Below are positions 32,943 through 60,659 of a DNA stretch of 64,000 nt, piece by piece (the stretch's first letter is position 1; each line of letters begins with the position of its first letter). The stretch lies in assembly GCF_009914755.1 (NCBI RefSeq), contig NC_060931.1. The stretch is one strand, 5' to 3'. A model generated the notes under the pieces. The model was not told the origin of the DNA. It saw nothing but the letters and a program-made list of their open reading frames with translations, and searched no databases. A program made the position numbers and the translations under genes. This stretch comes from the human T2T-CHM13v2.0 reference genome, Homo sapiens.

Positions 32943-33428
32943 GTATGGGCACAGTGACTGGTGCCTATAATCCCAGCTACTCAGGAGGCTGAGTTGGGAT
33001 GATCCTTTGAGCCCTGGAGTTCAAGTTGCAGTTGTCATAGGACTTTCTCCTTAGGGTTCTTGTCACACAACCAGGAAAGATTAGGTTCTCAGACACTTTG
33101 AAGGGTGAGAAAGGCAGGATTTATTGGGTGAAAAGGAAAAAAAAAGGAAACAGGGACTCTCAGAAAAGCAAGAGTCCTGCTGGCTGGCTTCCTGCCTCAC
33201 AGACTGAATCCCAGGTTACCACACAGGAATAGCAGAGGCCAGACTCCTCCCCCATGCAAAGGGCACGAACATCCCAGGGCTCTACCCCATTCTCTGGGTG
33301 CACAGGCCAGTCAAAAGTTCTCCGTGGACCACTTTATACTTGGCTGTCTCACAGTGAGCTATGATCATGTCACTGCACTCTGGCCTGAGCGGCAAAGCAA
33401 GACCCTGTCTCCAAACAAACAAACAAAA
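32943..33428 (+). mobile_element. Old Alu right monomer (FRAM/J) interrupted by an LTR
   Basis: tcccagctactcaggaggctgag...ttgcagt | LTR | cagtgagctatgatcatgtcactgcactc. Confidence 0.85.
33033..33351 (-). mobile_element. MER61-type (ERV1) solo LTR
   Basis: Reverse complement begins TGAGACAGCCAAGTATAAAG; TG...CA termini; 4-bp TSD cagt at 33029-33032 and 33352-33355. Confidence 0.85.
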
Positions 33429-34639
33429 ATATTCTCAGTAAGCTGGTACTACTGTTACAATTTTTTTTTAATTGGACTGAGACCTAGGTCCATTTGCAAT
33501 TTCTTGCTTTTAATTGCTATAGCTTTCAATAAAAGAATAATGAGCTAAGTCACTTGTGTCCAATGTAACAATCAATAGAAACATGCAGCCTGTAAATCAA
33601 AGCACAACCGGGAAACATTTAAACACATGGATCATTTCCCTAAGAAGTTACCTTTTTAAATCAACTTTTTAATGGCAAAGTGTTGGAAAAAGAAAAGATT
33701 ATTGTACTTAGGGGAAAGAATGGAATAGATGAAAAATATCAAAACTGCTTACAAATTTACCAGTCAGTTCACATTCAAGTACAAGAATAAAAATTTAATT
33801 GGAAAATCTCTGTACTTACTAAAAATTATCTATATAAAATGAGCTAATAGCAGAAACACAACCATTTGTAATCAAAATTCGTATTTCCATTGAATGTGGC
33901 TGTTTTATTTACAGCAACACAGAGACAGATATAGAGAAGAATCCAATCTTCATGCTTTGGTAATGGTATCTACCTGGTCAAAGTGCTGGGAATCAGTGTC
34001 CAAGCTCTCTGGATATACTTACAATGAACATTCATTCATTTATTCACTGACCATTTCTATAAACCTTTATTGAATAGCTACTGCTACCTATCCAATATCA
34101 TGTGAGTCTAAAACAACTAGAATATCAGTTTCAAAATATTTTGTGGGCACTACCTATGTATTTAGCACTCTGCTAAATATGGTAGCAATTACTATAGAGG
34201 AATGTGGAGAGGCAACTATCACTTCTATACAATCAGCATTTAAAATAGAATTTTAGAACTGAAGAAATATTAAAGCAGTGAGTCCTTACTTTTTTGAGTT
34301 AACACTGTTTAAGTGGAATGATAATTCTGTTAGATGGTATCTGTTTTCGTTAGTGGCCTTACTTAGGAAAATAAAATATTTGCAAACATATATGAGTTTC
34401 CTAACTTTATTTTACAATATTACAAGTACATGAAATCCAAAAGTTTAGAAACTATTGTCCTAAAGGCCATAGAGAGAAAAGTATACATTTAATTCTATAG
34501 GCAGTTGAAATGGTCTCTGAGTATGGAATAAGACTGGAGTAGTACAATGTAATAATAGATTAGATGGTCTTATTTGTTGACATCTTCTTAATTGACTTTA
34601 GAAAAGGTAATTTAGTAAAATATTTTTTTAAAAGTTTTA

Positions 34640-34930
<291 letters not shown>

Positions 34931-35194
34931 GTAGGATAAACTATTGCATAGGAGAAACTATTGAATAGAGTGATTTAATAGAGAAAATATGAAATACAAA
35001 CAGAATGAGCAGGATATAAGTTTAAATGGTCCAAACTATTCCCAAACACATACACATACCTATATAACACAGAGATTGTAAAACTAATAAGGTTAGTGTG
35101 TTTGTACTGAACTGAGATATCAGAATCAACTCAATACATTAAGTATATTCTGTTAAATTCTATTGTCAAAATCTAAGGTTAAAAAGTCATTCTC

Positions 35195-36170
<976 letters not shown>

Positions 36171-36364
36171 TTGAATACATTTTTATAAACATTAACTTGT
36201 AGACGTTGCATGTGCTGTCTGGTTCCAGCCTTGATCTTCAAATAAACTTTTCAGGGTGCTGCATTTGTGGTTCCTTGAGTGAACCTGTCTGGAAACTACC
36301 ATCTGCCCCTGGAATCAAGCTTTTGTCCTCAGCAGTTAGCAACTTCGATGGCATTACCATCCCC

Positions 36365-36495
36365 ATGCAGCTTCTTAAACATACGGAGGCCTGACCCCAG
36401 CCCGACTCAATTAAAATCAGAAATTTTGGTGATGGCACCCAGAAATGTATAGTTCCTAACTTTCTCTACTTTGCAGCCAAAACTGAGAACTACTG
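36365..36495. mobile_element. MER5A-like fragment
   Basis: gcttcttaaacatac...aaatcagaaat...gcagccaaaactgagaactactg. Confidence 0.55.
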
Positions 36496-36547
36496 ATAAT
36501 AGGTAGAAATCAGTTATTTCCAAATTTATCACATTGACTTGACATTA

Positions 36548-38821
<2,274 letters not shown>

Positions 38822-39958
38822 AAGGTCAACAATTTCTAAAGGTACTAAAGAACAAGTCTCAATAATTTTCAGCAAGATATGAAAATCACATGCTATCCTG
38901 CTGAAAATTATTGGGACTTGGATGTTGATAAAGTATGAAGATTATTCATTCTGCTGTATTATATTTAATAAAGTTACTGACATCTTTTTAGTTTAACCTT
39001 TATTTCATTAGATTAGAAATAGAAATAATCTTTATTTAAATTCATATATTAAATATATGTTTATATATTAAAACGAGTTAAATTAGTATATCATATTTTC
39101 ATTTCCTTTCAATATATGCTAGAAAGTTTCAATTTTTTTATCTTAAAAGGTCAACAGTCCTTACAGAAGGATCAATTTCTAATTCTATATATAATGAAAT
39201 TTAGTGTGGAAAAGACTTAAAATACAGAAATTCACTTTATAGAGAATATTTAAAGAATCCATCTATTCCGTAAAGTAAGCTTCAGCTAACGGCTCATGTA
39301 AGAAACAGGATAAGAAAAGTATCAAACAAGATGGAGTAAATGTATTATCATGTGGTATCTATTACTGCCTACTACTCATACCATAACATTTAACTGACTT
39401 TTTTGAGTGGCTTGCATTATATTTAGATACTCTTCGATCACACACATCAACCCTGATAAAATGATTATAGAGAACTTTGCAAATCATGTAATAGAATTCA
39501 AATCTTAAGAGCAATGCAATGCCATTGAACAAGCATTCTAAAACGAGAAACTATTAGATTTGGTATTTTAGAAATTTCACTCTGCAGGATGGAGAATGGA
39601 GTGAAAGATATCAGGGCTCAAGACAGGGAGTCGCAAATGAGAGCTAGCTACCCACCTAAAGTAGAATAGTGGCAATGAACGTGAGAAAAAGCAAGCAGAT
39701 TCTAGAAAGACTTAAGAGGTAAAACAGAAATTAATTAGCACTGTTTATTATATCTTGTCCCCTTCTACTTATACTTTTTGTGCATTTTACATATAGGGAG
39801 GGGATTCAAAGTTTACAAACTAAAGCTAGTTCACATTAAATACTGGTGGAAATAATATCTTGTTTCTATTCATTTCAAAATCTTAGGGGATTTATGGAAG
39901 CAAAGCTTTCAACAGATTCACAGAATACTGATTAGATGTAGCATCAAACTATTTACCA

Positions 39959-41345
39959 TGTATGCCAAGAACAATCACCGAGGAAAGGACAGTGTCTTCA
40001 ATAAATGGTGCTGGGAAAACTGGATGTTCACACGCAAAAGAATGAAACTAGACTTTCACGTCTCACCTTATACAAAACTCAACTCAAAATGGCTTAAAGA
40101 CCCAAAGCATAAAATTGCTAGAAGAAAACATAAGGGACACACTTCAGGACATTGGTCTGGGAAAAGATTTTATGAATATGACTTTAAAAACACAGGCAAC
40201 AAAAGCAAAAATAAACAGATGAGATTATATCAAACTAAAAAGCTCCTGTACAGCAAAAGAAACAACCAAGAGAGTGAAAAGACAACCTACAGAATGGGGG
40301 AAAATATTTGCCAACTATTCATCCTGCAGGGAGATTAATAGCCAGAATATGCAGGAAAATCAAACATCTCAACAGAAAAACAAAATAAAACAAAGAATCC
40401 AATTTAAAGATGGGCAAACAATCTGAATAGACATTTCTCAAAAGAAGATATACAAATGGTTAACAAATACATGAAAAAAATGCCCAACGTCACTAATCAT
40501 CAATGAAATGAAGATCAAAACTACAATGAAATATTATCTCACCCCAGTTAGGATGGCTGTTATCAAAAAGACAAAAAATAACAAATGCAGGTGAGAATGC
40601 AGAGAAAAAGGAACTCATACATTGTTGGTGGAAATGTAAACTAGTACAGCTACTATGGAGAACAGTATGGAGGTTCCTCAAAAAATTACCAGTAGAACGA
40701 CCAAGTGATCCAGCAATTCCACTACTGGGCGTTTATCCAAAGGAAAGGAAATCAGTATATTGAAGAGATATCTACACTCCATGTTTACTGCAGCACTATT
40801 CAAAATTGCCAAGATATAGAATCAACCTAAATGTCCAACAACAGATGAATGGATAAGGAAAATATGGAATCCCGTCATTCACAGCAACATGAATGGAACT
40901 GAAGGAAAATTACGTTAAGTGAAATCAGCCAGAAACAGAAAGTTAAACACCACATTTTCTCACTCATATGTAGAAAAGCTTTAAAAAAAAAAAAAAAAAG
41001 ATCTCCTAGAAATAATAAGTAGAACAGAGGTTACTGGAGACTGGAAAGAGCATGGGGAAGAAAAGGATAAGGAGAGACTCCTTAAAGGCTACAAAATTAC
41101 AGCTAGATAGGAGGATAAGTTCTAGTGTTCTATAGCACCTTAAGATGACTATAATTCGCAATCGTATGTATTTTCAAATAGCTAGAAGAGAAGATGTGAA
41201 ATGTCCCAACAAGAAGAAATAATAAATGTTTGATATGATGGAATGCTAATTGCCCTGATCTGATCACTATACATTGTATGTACTGAAACATCACATACAC
41301 CCCATAAATATGTACAATTACCATGTGTAAATTTAAATAAATAAA
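39959..41345 (+). mobile_element. 5'-truncated L1MA-type element
   Basis: ORF 39958 begins with the L1 ORF2 peptide [14 protein letters not shown]...[19 protein letters not shown]; L1MA 3'UTR (aaaattacagctagataggagga...ccctgatctgatcact). Confidence 0.92.
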
Positions 41346-41384
41346 AGAATATTCACCATGTAATTTCTTTTTATTACTTTTTTT

Positions 41385-43982
<2,598 letters not shown>

Positions 43983-44905
43983 TTAGCTCAAGCTAACCAG
44001 ACTGACTGGGTTGCCTGTATTGAAACTCAAGATAGCATTTTAAAACATTAAAATAAATTTTGAGCTTCACATGCAATTTATAAGTAGTTTTCTAAGGAAT
44101 TCCGTTTCCAGAAAACAATCATGTTGAAATCCCAAGAGAGAAAACATTAATTTCAAAAAAAAAAAAGACAACCGTTAAAGACAATCAGATCCACAAAACT
44201 GGCAGCTGCAGCAGTTTTCAAAATGTCTAAACTGCTTCAACAGGAAGCCAGCCAAAGTTCTGTCCATTCAGGCATAGAACAAACTTACCCTTTTAATTCC
44301 TTTCTTACTGTGTGGAATACTGTAATACTGCTGTATTGTGAATGCTCTCTAGGCCTGATACTGGGTCAAAGGTGTATTTGGCTTCTAGGGTTTTAGGAAA
44401 AATGAGTTTAAGCTTCTGATACCCCAGCATATTTGGATTTGTAGCTGAATCCTTTCTAGCTGTATTAAATAACTAACAAAACAAGGCCATTTTTTCTTTA
44501 AAAAAAAAGTTGATACTGTGGTATGTAGGGGTAAAATGGCATGGTATCTGGGACTTGCTTTAAAATACTTCAGCAAAGGGGGAAAAGGAGATGACAGATG
44601 AAGAAAATGACAAAGTCTAGACAGTAATTTCATTTGTGTGGTGAGTAGATGGCAGTTCATTGTACTACTTCTCTAACATTTGTGTATGTTTGGATTTTTT
44701 CTTTTTGAGTGTTACTTTATTGCAATAACAATTTTAAATTAAAAACAGAAATCTGGACAAACAGTGCCTAGAGTCCTGAATCATTCTTGAGAACTGCAGG
44801 GTGTATTCCATCTTAGTGTATCTTAGTTTAATTCTAGACTCATGTCCTTAAAGCTTGCATGTTGGCTCTCAGCTTTGCTGTTTCCTTTAAAAAAAAAAAA
44901 GGGTT

Positions 44906-45380
<475 letters not shown>

Positions 45381-45548
45381 TTTTTAAAATGTTTTCTCCG
45401 AAAGTCTAACTCAACCAAGTGAGATGTGCCTGTGGTCCAGGGCACCAAAACACAGTCAGAAATTTCAGGATGGTTCATGACTTCATATCTCATTTCTAAG
45501 TTTCTGCGGACACAGTATCTTCTTGGTAGAGGTAGCTTGCTTTCTATT

Positions 45549-46070
45549 TGTGGTGGACATGTGTTGCTTTTGCTGTCCAGGATTTACACTGCTTCCCGTA
45601 ATTTAAAAAAATCCCTAGATTTCCATTTGGGGATTCACCCTAGCCCCATTCTCAGTCCATGATGAGGCCGATTCTACCTTTGGATGTGGGGGTGGAGTTT
45701 AAGATCAAGAGTAAGTCAGAGCATCCCATTCCCCCAGACACTGACTTTTTCATAGATGGGCACCTGACCTAAGTCAGGCCAATCAGAATTAAGGGAGGTT
45801 CAGGTCTTAGACTTAAACCTATGTTTGTGCTGCCAGGAAGTGAACTCTCTTTCTCATGTGATTTGGTATTGGGTTAATGTGTTCTTGTAGGGCTTGAAGC
45901 CACCATGGATGGCCTGCCAATTAATTAAATACAGCAGAAAGTAGCAATATAGCCAATGGATGTGAAAAGACGATAGGTTCTAAAGACAACATGTGAGCTC
46001 TGACCAGCTGCCCTTGAAGACTGTTCCTGTCCTTTCTGTTATGTGAGCCAATAAATTACCTGAGTGCTGG
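45549..46070 (+). mobile_element. LTR33-like (ERVL) LTR
   Basis: tgtggtggacat...ccccattctcagtccatg...tgacctaagtcaggccaatcaga...ttatgtgagccaataaatt. Confidence 0.65.
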
Positions 46071-46417
46071 CTAATCCATAGTTTAATCACTTCCTCTTAT
46101 AATTAAGCCACACTGTATAGTCAGATAGCTTGATAATATAGCACTTTCTAAGGTTTGCATGCCAAAACAAGATGCATAAACTTAAAGCATAATTCTTACT
46201 TATCAAAATACATGAATGAGTTCTGGAACTGTGGCGTCATGGTCATTAAATTCTGTGATTAATTCAACCAATATTGCATGCCTATTGTGTGACTGTGCTA
46301 AGTGCTGATTCTAGCAAGATAAGGGCAGCTCAGCAACGGAAGATAAATGCAGTCCCTAAATGTTTTAATTTGCTCAACTGACATATCTAGTTATTTTTGA
46401 AATTTTTGTAATGAAAC

Positions 46418-46709
46418 TTTTTTTTTTTGAGACGGAGTCTCGCTCTGCCGCCCAGGCTAGAGTGCAGTGGCGTAATCTAGGCTCACTGCAAGCTCTGCCT
46501 CCCAGGTTCACGCCATTCTCCTGCCTCAGCCTCCCAAGTAGCTGGGACTAAAGGCACCCGCCACCACGCCTGGCTAACTTTTTGTATTTTTAGTAGAGAC
46601 GGGGTTTCACCGTGTTAGCCAGGATGGTCTCGATCTCCTGACCTTGTGATCCACCTTCCTTGGCCTCTGAAAATGCTGGGATTACAGGTGTGAGCTGCCG
46701 CGTCCAGCC
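46418..46709 (-). mobile_element. AluY
   Basis: ttcacgccattctc and accgtgttagccaggatggtctcgatctc; TSD taatgaaac. Confidence 0.93.
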
Positions 46710-47186
46710 TATAATGAAACATTTTAAGAGCATTTCAGTAACATAACTGTTACTAGTCAGACATCCTCCTAGATATTTGGGGGTCCAGGTGACATACTCA
46801 GTCTAGGTTTTTAAGAACAGGGGTGGGAATTTGAGTAAGAAACTCTACGGCTGCTAAGTCTAGAAACTATGAAGATCCCAAAGATAGCTTCTGGAAAGAA
46901 AGCTGAGAACAAGCAACACAATCCCACCAAAGCAATAATATGAGGGGACTATACATAGGGTAAGAGAGAAATAAATGGGAGTCAGTGGAGAAATTGGGAG
47001 CAACTGGTTGGAAGAGAAGATGGAAGAAGACGGAGAACCTCTGAGACCCTGGTTATCACATCTTCAATCAATACTTGGGAAAGGGCTATGGAGGTGCTAA
47101 GCTGTTTCAGATAATAGTAGAAAAATATTGGAGAGCCATTTTTAAACTTTTACTACTTTAGTGAAAAAATGTACTCATCTAAATGA

Positions 47187-47524
<338 letters not shown>

Positions 47525-47569
47525 TACAGATTTTACTGTTACATACTTCTTCTTTCGATGGAAATGACA

Positions 47570-48075
47570 AATTAGCCACACCATTCCAACAACCTTCCAA
47601 AATGCCTTTCAGTACTGCAGAAGCTGGAACGCTAAATTCATATTTTCCCTATACTCCCCCGCAGCAAGAGTTCTAGAATTAGGACCTACCAATAAGATGC
47701 AATCACGTGAGATCTGAAAGGTGGAAGAGACATGATGGCAATCACCCTGCTGCCCTCTCTGTATGGTTAGGGAGGAGAGATGCTGGGTTTTTCTGCAGCA
47801 GAGTTCCAGCATACTGTCACTAGCTTTGTGAAGCTACTGTGGTGAGTTCTTATATTCTACAGTTCCATGGCAGCCTCCTGATTCCTCACCTTCATGATCA
47901 AGTAGCAGCTAAAATGTCAGGCCAGTTTATCAGTATTATTCTGGGAGTCACTCCTGCAAGCCCAACCTTGAGCTCACTACTCCAATTTTATGAGGACCTA
48001 ATTCCCTATATTTAAATCTCTTTCTTCATAGAAGATCTAGAATGATTTCTGTTTCCTGAAACTAAATGCTGAAGC
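47570..48075 (+). mobile_element. LTR16-like (ERVL) LTR
   Basis: tgcagaagctggaa...ccaataagatgc...gagatctgaaaggtggaag...ctagaatgatttctgtttcctg. Confidence 0.6.
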
Positions 48076-49069
48076 ATTCTACTTTCTAAAGCATTATAGA
48101 TATGTGATGATAAACAAGTCAAACCAAAGATGCATCTCATTTACAGGGAGGTGTCAGTTGGACACAAAAAAAAATTACTTGGAAAAAGCATTGGGGTATA
48201 TGCAAGTGAGCAAAGCGGCAGAGCATATAAATCTCTGAAGCAGCCAATAGTAAGACTGTGTACTGTCCTCAGGTAGACAGGTTTCTATGGGGCAAATTTC
48301 CATAATGCCAAGCCATTTGTTTAGCAGTGTTACCCAAGTTAATGAGGTCACTGGTACTCACTTGTTGTCATTTCCCCATTGTAGGCACTTAGGCCCAATG
48401 TGAAACATTAATGAATTGAATAGGTCACCAAATACAGTGGTCTGGTCAAGATGTAGCTGTTTGTAAAAGGTTATGAATCAGATTAAAATCCTCATTTGTC
48501 ACAGAGCAAGGGAGGCAATGCTCTTCCCTTAGCCACAGATCCCTCCACACTTTTCAGAGAAGAACTATTATAGAACTGTTATAATAATTACAATATTATT
48601 AGAAAGCATTACCAATTAGAATACGCAGATCACTACCTGTTTCTCTCATAAAAAGCACAGCAAGGAATAAAAAACCACAAAATGCTATGCTGGGAAAAGG
48701 ATGGGCTTGAAGGTAAATATGAAAGTTGAACTTAGCATTCTCTAATGACCCTGGAAGAAAGGTGATTCAGCTAATACTGGTATTTGTTAGGATTTAATTA
48801 AAAACCTCTAATCACTTTTCAGTGCTACAAGTATGAGGTAAGGGCTTTTTCTTCCCCTAGTGGAGTCAGGCTGGGAGCTCCAGCTCTATCCTGTGTTTAG
48901 CACTAATTTAGGGTCATATACCCCCAAAAGACCTGGGAGTCCAGTTCCCATGGAACTGCCCATGGAACTCCCAAAGTGACTCCAGCAAATTCCCAATGCA
49001 GGATCTACCTGCAAGCTGCAGTAGCCTTTGAAAAACTGAAAGAGAAACTTGAGGAGCAGAGGGTTATTA

Positions 49070-49623
<554 letters not shown>

Positions 49624-49937
49624 AGGGTTGAATAATTTTTAAATGCATTTTACACTTGGAGAAGATTGTACCAAAATCATCCATTTGCATTTTCAGTGAA
49701 TGACATATAAACATTTTAGTCATTATATATAAGCTGAAAGTATAAAAAGATTGTTTATATATTTTTTTAGTATATCTACTTTTCATTTGTGAGAACCCTA
49801 GAGGAAAAAGTGTTACAAAAAAGAAAACACCCCCCAAAATCTCTACTTTAACGAATAAAAGCTAATGAAGTAGGCTGCATTCCTATTACTTAGTTCCTCT
49901 AAATGTCTATTCCCTTATTAATAACTCTGCTTTATTA

Positions 49938-50396
<459 letters not shown>

Positions 50397-50582
50397 TTGT
50401 GCGCTTCCGCTACTAAACTATCATCATTAATCCAGTTGGAAAGATGTGAGAAAGTTTAAATGTAAGCACATCTTATGGTTAAAGAGCTACCAAAACAAAG
50501 CAAAGGTATATTTTATCATAAAATGCCACATGTGACTTTAAGCACTTTAGAGTATATCATTCCACTGACATAAAATTAATTA

Positions 50583-51445
<863 letters not shown>

Positions 51446-51697
51446 TTATTAATTGTTCTTTTATAATGTTAGCTTTATGAAGCAAGAAGCAAATAAAATA
51501 TTAACCACTCACAACTCTGCTTATTTCAAAATATATACTAAAAGAGCATGGCGTTTGTATCGCTGTTTATCACTTATGTGTCTATCAGACTTTGCAAGTG
51601 ATTCCGCAGTTGTTGCACAATGGGAGTTTCTAGGCCTCTAAGATATCTGATTCCTGTGCTCTGCAACAGATCTATCTCCTGCACCCAGCAGAGCTCA

Positions 51698-51714
51698 GGG
51701 TCATTCTTAGGTCA
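51698..51714 (+). promoter_or_regulatory. Consensus DR5 retinoic acid response element (candidate enhancer core)
   Basis: GGGTCA-ttctt-AGGTCA, a perfect RGKTCA-N5-RGKTCA, in ~900 bp of non-repeat DNA. Confidence 0.55.
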
Positions 51715-52291
51715 TAGTGGTTAAAGACGGCTGTCAATTCACTGCTTGGGCTAGGTTTCAAGTCTCCTTTATCTCTGTTATATTGATGATTCCCAGTGGT
51801 TAAGAAATTAACCATACTATCAGTATGCATCTTAATGTTTTGTTGTGTAGCACCAAAGTGACTGTGTTAAAAGCTCAGTGTGCTGTTATGTGAAAGTCGG
51901 CTACCCTTTAAAAACTAAGAACTGGAACAAATATATTTGAATAAATAGTTATGGTTCTATGCTGTGCTACACATTTTTAAAAGGGAGGTTATAATAAAAG
52001 GTTGAAACTAGCTGATCCTGCCTCTTCTCAGTGCAAAGGTAATTATTATTCAGTGAAAAAATATGCAGTGAAAATAAGTAATTGCATAAGAAGAGATTAT
52101 AGTCCTGAGCGTATACACCTGGTGTTTTGATTTTTATGAATACCCTTTTGGATCCCCATGCCTGTGCAACTTAATGTTCATCACAATTCTCCATGGCAAA
52201 GGAAAAAGACAAGGCTTAATTGTAAATATGTGCATGCTTTATTGCCAATGCAATGGCATGAACACATTTAACAGGATTGTCATTCCATTTA

Positions 52292-52687
<396 letters not shown>

Positions 52688-53503
52688 TCACTGCTTTCTC
52701 TTCAAAGAGTGAGTATTAAGATCTTCCATATTCTCTATGGCTACATGCATTAGGTGAAGAAAAAAATAAAGCATAGTAATAGGATAGCCACCCTCAAATT
52801 GCTTCCTTCCAAGTTGAGTTATGTTTATGATATGACAGTGATGCATGGTCATTTGTTTAGACTAACTGGGTTAGATCTGTGACATCTAAAGAAAAGCAAC
52901 AAATGAATAAGTAGGCAAGTGGAAAAAATTAGAGAAAAGCACTCTCCCAAATTAATTATTCATGTGTTAATTACATGTTCTGTTTCTCAGTTTTTTCTCA
53001 GTGATATTTAAAGATATTCATTACACTTTTGCCTGAGACAGGTAATAAAAGTTCAGGAGCTGAACACTAAGCTTAAGATATGTACAGATGAACAGGAGGG
53101 ATGAGAGGACTATGGTAACAGTCAGTCATTGCCAGAAATTTGAAACTGGCATTAAGAGGAAGTCAGCAGCTCTATTCAAGTGACAAAGCAGTGGTGTGGT
53201 TCTTGGCATCCTGGCATGTATAGCCAAATGGAAAGGTGCCAGGTATTGGCTGGAAGAGCATAAACTACTGATTTTCTCTTCCATAAATTAAGGGAAGGAA
53301 GAGTTTTAGCAGCACAGCATCAATGTTTTATGTAGTCACATTAAACTATCTGCTACTTGAGTTCATTTTCCACATTCTAGTTTATGACTTACTTTTCAAA
53401 AAGCTAGTGTCTTCTTAAAATGTCTCCATAAGCCTCACACCCCTGCTCATGAAGAAAAAAATCTAAATTTCTAAATACACCTATAAATCTATCACCCAAA
53501 TAG

Positions 53504-53837
<334 letters not shown>

Positions 53838-55104
53838 TCCTTTTTAGTCTTTTAAACTTGAAACTGTCATTCAAATAAGCTCATATTTATTTGACTATTG
53901 ATCAAATGGATATCTTCAATAAAAATATTTTTCCAAGCTACTTTTGTCTTTCAATTAAGAAATGGTTTATGCTATGCCAATAGGATGAGATATTCAGAGG
54001 ATTAAATCAATAGGCTATAAATTATATGCAAAAAAAAAAAAATCAGGTCACTACCCTGACACAACAGATTTATTATTAAAGTAGGTAACTCCATCGCAAT
54101 TCACATTAGTTTTTATAAAGTAAGAGACAGGGAGAGATCAATGAGAACTTTGGCTTACTGCTGCTTTTAATGGTTCATTTATAATAGCTACTTATCTCCT
54201 ATTACTTTAGCTTGCTATAATAATGCCAAGCCAAGAAAAAAGATAATCACCATTATGGGAATATATATTTAATTCAAGTCTGATTGACTGTTCTTTAATC
54301 TGATTCATGTATTTGTAGAGTGGCCAGAAGTACTCTAAAAGCATAGTGATTCTTAGGTACACATAAAAACCCCATTATACAGTCCACATCAGGTTTAGAG
54401 TAAAAAACATCTGGCAGTTTTGGCTTTATTTTCATAGGCATATTATTATTAGATAAACAACCACATTGCAGTGCACACCCAAAACCCACCAGCTCAAACC
54501 CAACTGCTACTATCAACATCAAGGATAACAGCCAAACCTTAAATGGACCTTTCAGCCCCACTATGTTTCCTGGAGACTACTATCTTTGCAAATAAAAAGC
54601 AGATTTTTGCTCTACACATGCACATGGATCCACAGTCCATTCCTGGATTCTCTACAATCACCTTGCCATTCTTGATGATTAATTACCCTGATTGCAGTGG
54701 AGATTTGATACAGGCTTCCAAAGGCCATCTCAAATGAAGGAGCAATAAGCTCACTGATTTCATTTAAGAAGGTTGAACAAGGGCAGTCCTCACCAACCAA
54801 TCCCCCATATTTTTTCTTCCAGGGAAACTGCTATTAAATAAATATTAAAGGAGAGGATTAGGGTTACAGAATTAGGGAGGGAAGGCTCCCCAGTACTATC
54901 ACTATGGTGGAATGGTAATTAAGGACTCAGGTCTTCTTGGCAATATAAGGTGGCTCTACCACTGTTCATCCTTACTGGTTGCCTTGTTAAGTCTCTGCCC
55001 AGAAACATAAGGAACCTGACTGATCACTCCTGATTCTCTACATCTCTAAATGACACTATTGGTGGTGTACATGCAATTTCACTCCAAAAGCAGTGGTTAC
55101 AGTA

Positions 55105-56960
<1,856 letters not shown>

Positions 56961-57242
56961 AGAAAAAAAAAGGAGGTTAAGTGGGTTGTAAGGCATGCAT
57001 TCCAGTCCAGACTTTGCTACTGGTGTGTTATGTGAAATGCTTTAATTGTTGCTACTGAATAAAAATACAGAAAGTGTTAGGCCTGGAATGGGCCCTGAAA
57101 CTCACATAATCTCACTTTGATCTACCGAGGAGTAATGATCTCTGAAATATCACACAGCTAGTCAGTTGTGGAGGCAGAAATGAAAACCTAGGACAACTGA
57201 CTCTCAGACTCTGGTTCAATTCCAGTTCAAGCGAGATTTTTA

Positions 57243-59060
<1,818 letters not shown>

Positions 59061-59622
59061 CATTTGCTTTTCACTTCCCAAATGCCACTGTACTCCAGCC
59101 TAGGTGAGAGAGTAAAATCCTGTCTCTAAGAAAAAAAAAATTATTGTTATATATATGAGTTATCCGTGATCATTTGATAATAGCAATTTACCCAAAAATG
59201 CAGATTATGACAGCCTCTATTTAGGAAGCTCCAGCTAAATCTTGGCATACCATCTACCCCTTCCTGTCTGGGGCCATCTCCAATGTCACTTAGTCATACA
59301 AAGTACCCAAACTGCTCTACCACTGGGAGAGGTATTTTAGGTACAATCCAGATTATATGACTCCTTTATTAACTCCTCTGAAAATTCAGTTCCTCTGAAA
59401 CAAAGTCAACATTTTTAAGTCCACACATTCACAAACACCCCAGATCTTATCAAATTCTATAATATAAGATGGTGTTCATTGTGCTACATAGTTCCTAACA
59501 ATATTCTCATAAAATTGCAAACAAGAGCAGTTATGCCATACTTCTCTTGAAAATTGAAACATTAAGGAAGTGCTAAATCAGTGATCTCTAGTTTCTCTTT
59601 CTATGCTCTGTAGCTATCTAAA

Positions 59623-59636
59623 TGACCTTTTGACCC
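59623..59636 (-). promoter_or_regulatory. Consensus DR2 retinoic acid response element (candidate enhancer core)
   Basis: TGACCT-tt-TGACCC, i.e. GGGTCA-aa-AGGTCA on the minus strand, in non-Alu DNA. Confidence 0.5.
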
Positions 59637-59747
59637 CCTTCCCCTCCCATCCCTCACTAAAACCCAAACACTAACTTCTCTCTGACCTCCACCCCCTGCA
59701 AAACAGAAAAGAAACTAGTATGTTATTTACACTTTTTGATTGACTGA

Positions 59748-60075
<328 letters not shown>

Positions 60076-60191
60076 CCACTTTAGTTCTAGTAAGTTTTAG
60101 CAGTATGTTAATTCAAGCAATATTTACATTTTAAGCCATTTTATCCCTTATTGCATAATGAAAGGCCAATTGCTTCTCCATTAAAGAATTC

Positions 60192-60208
60192 TGACCTTCA
60201 ATTTAACT
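60192..60208 (-). promoter_or_regulatory. Near-consensus DR5 RARE (1 mismatch)
   Basis: TGACCT-tcaat-TTAACT, i.e. AGTTAA-attga-AGGTCA. Confidence 0.3.
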
Positions 60209-60313
60209 TCAGTAAGCAAGTGAGAAATATTTTGGAAACAAGGAAGAACTTGCAACTACACTTTGTATTCCTAGTCTTGGGGAGTCATGAACCACATTAG
60301 AATAGCTGAGAGG

Positions 60314-60616
<303 letters not shown>

Positions 60617-60659
60617 GAATAGCTGAGAGGCTATAAAGAAAGAACCCAAAGGATCATTT

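Noticed and set aside
33033-33351. p53 response element expected in some MER61 LTRs
   Set aside because: No RRRCWWGYYY dimer is visible in this copy.
39958-40338. 126-aa ORF
   Set aside because: L1 ORF2 fragment that frameshifts after ~48 aa in a truncated L1MA.
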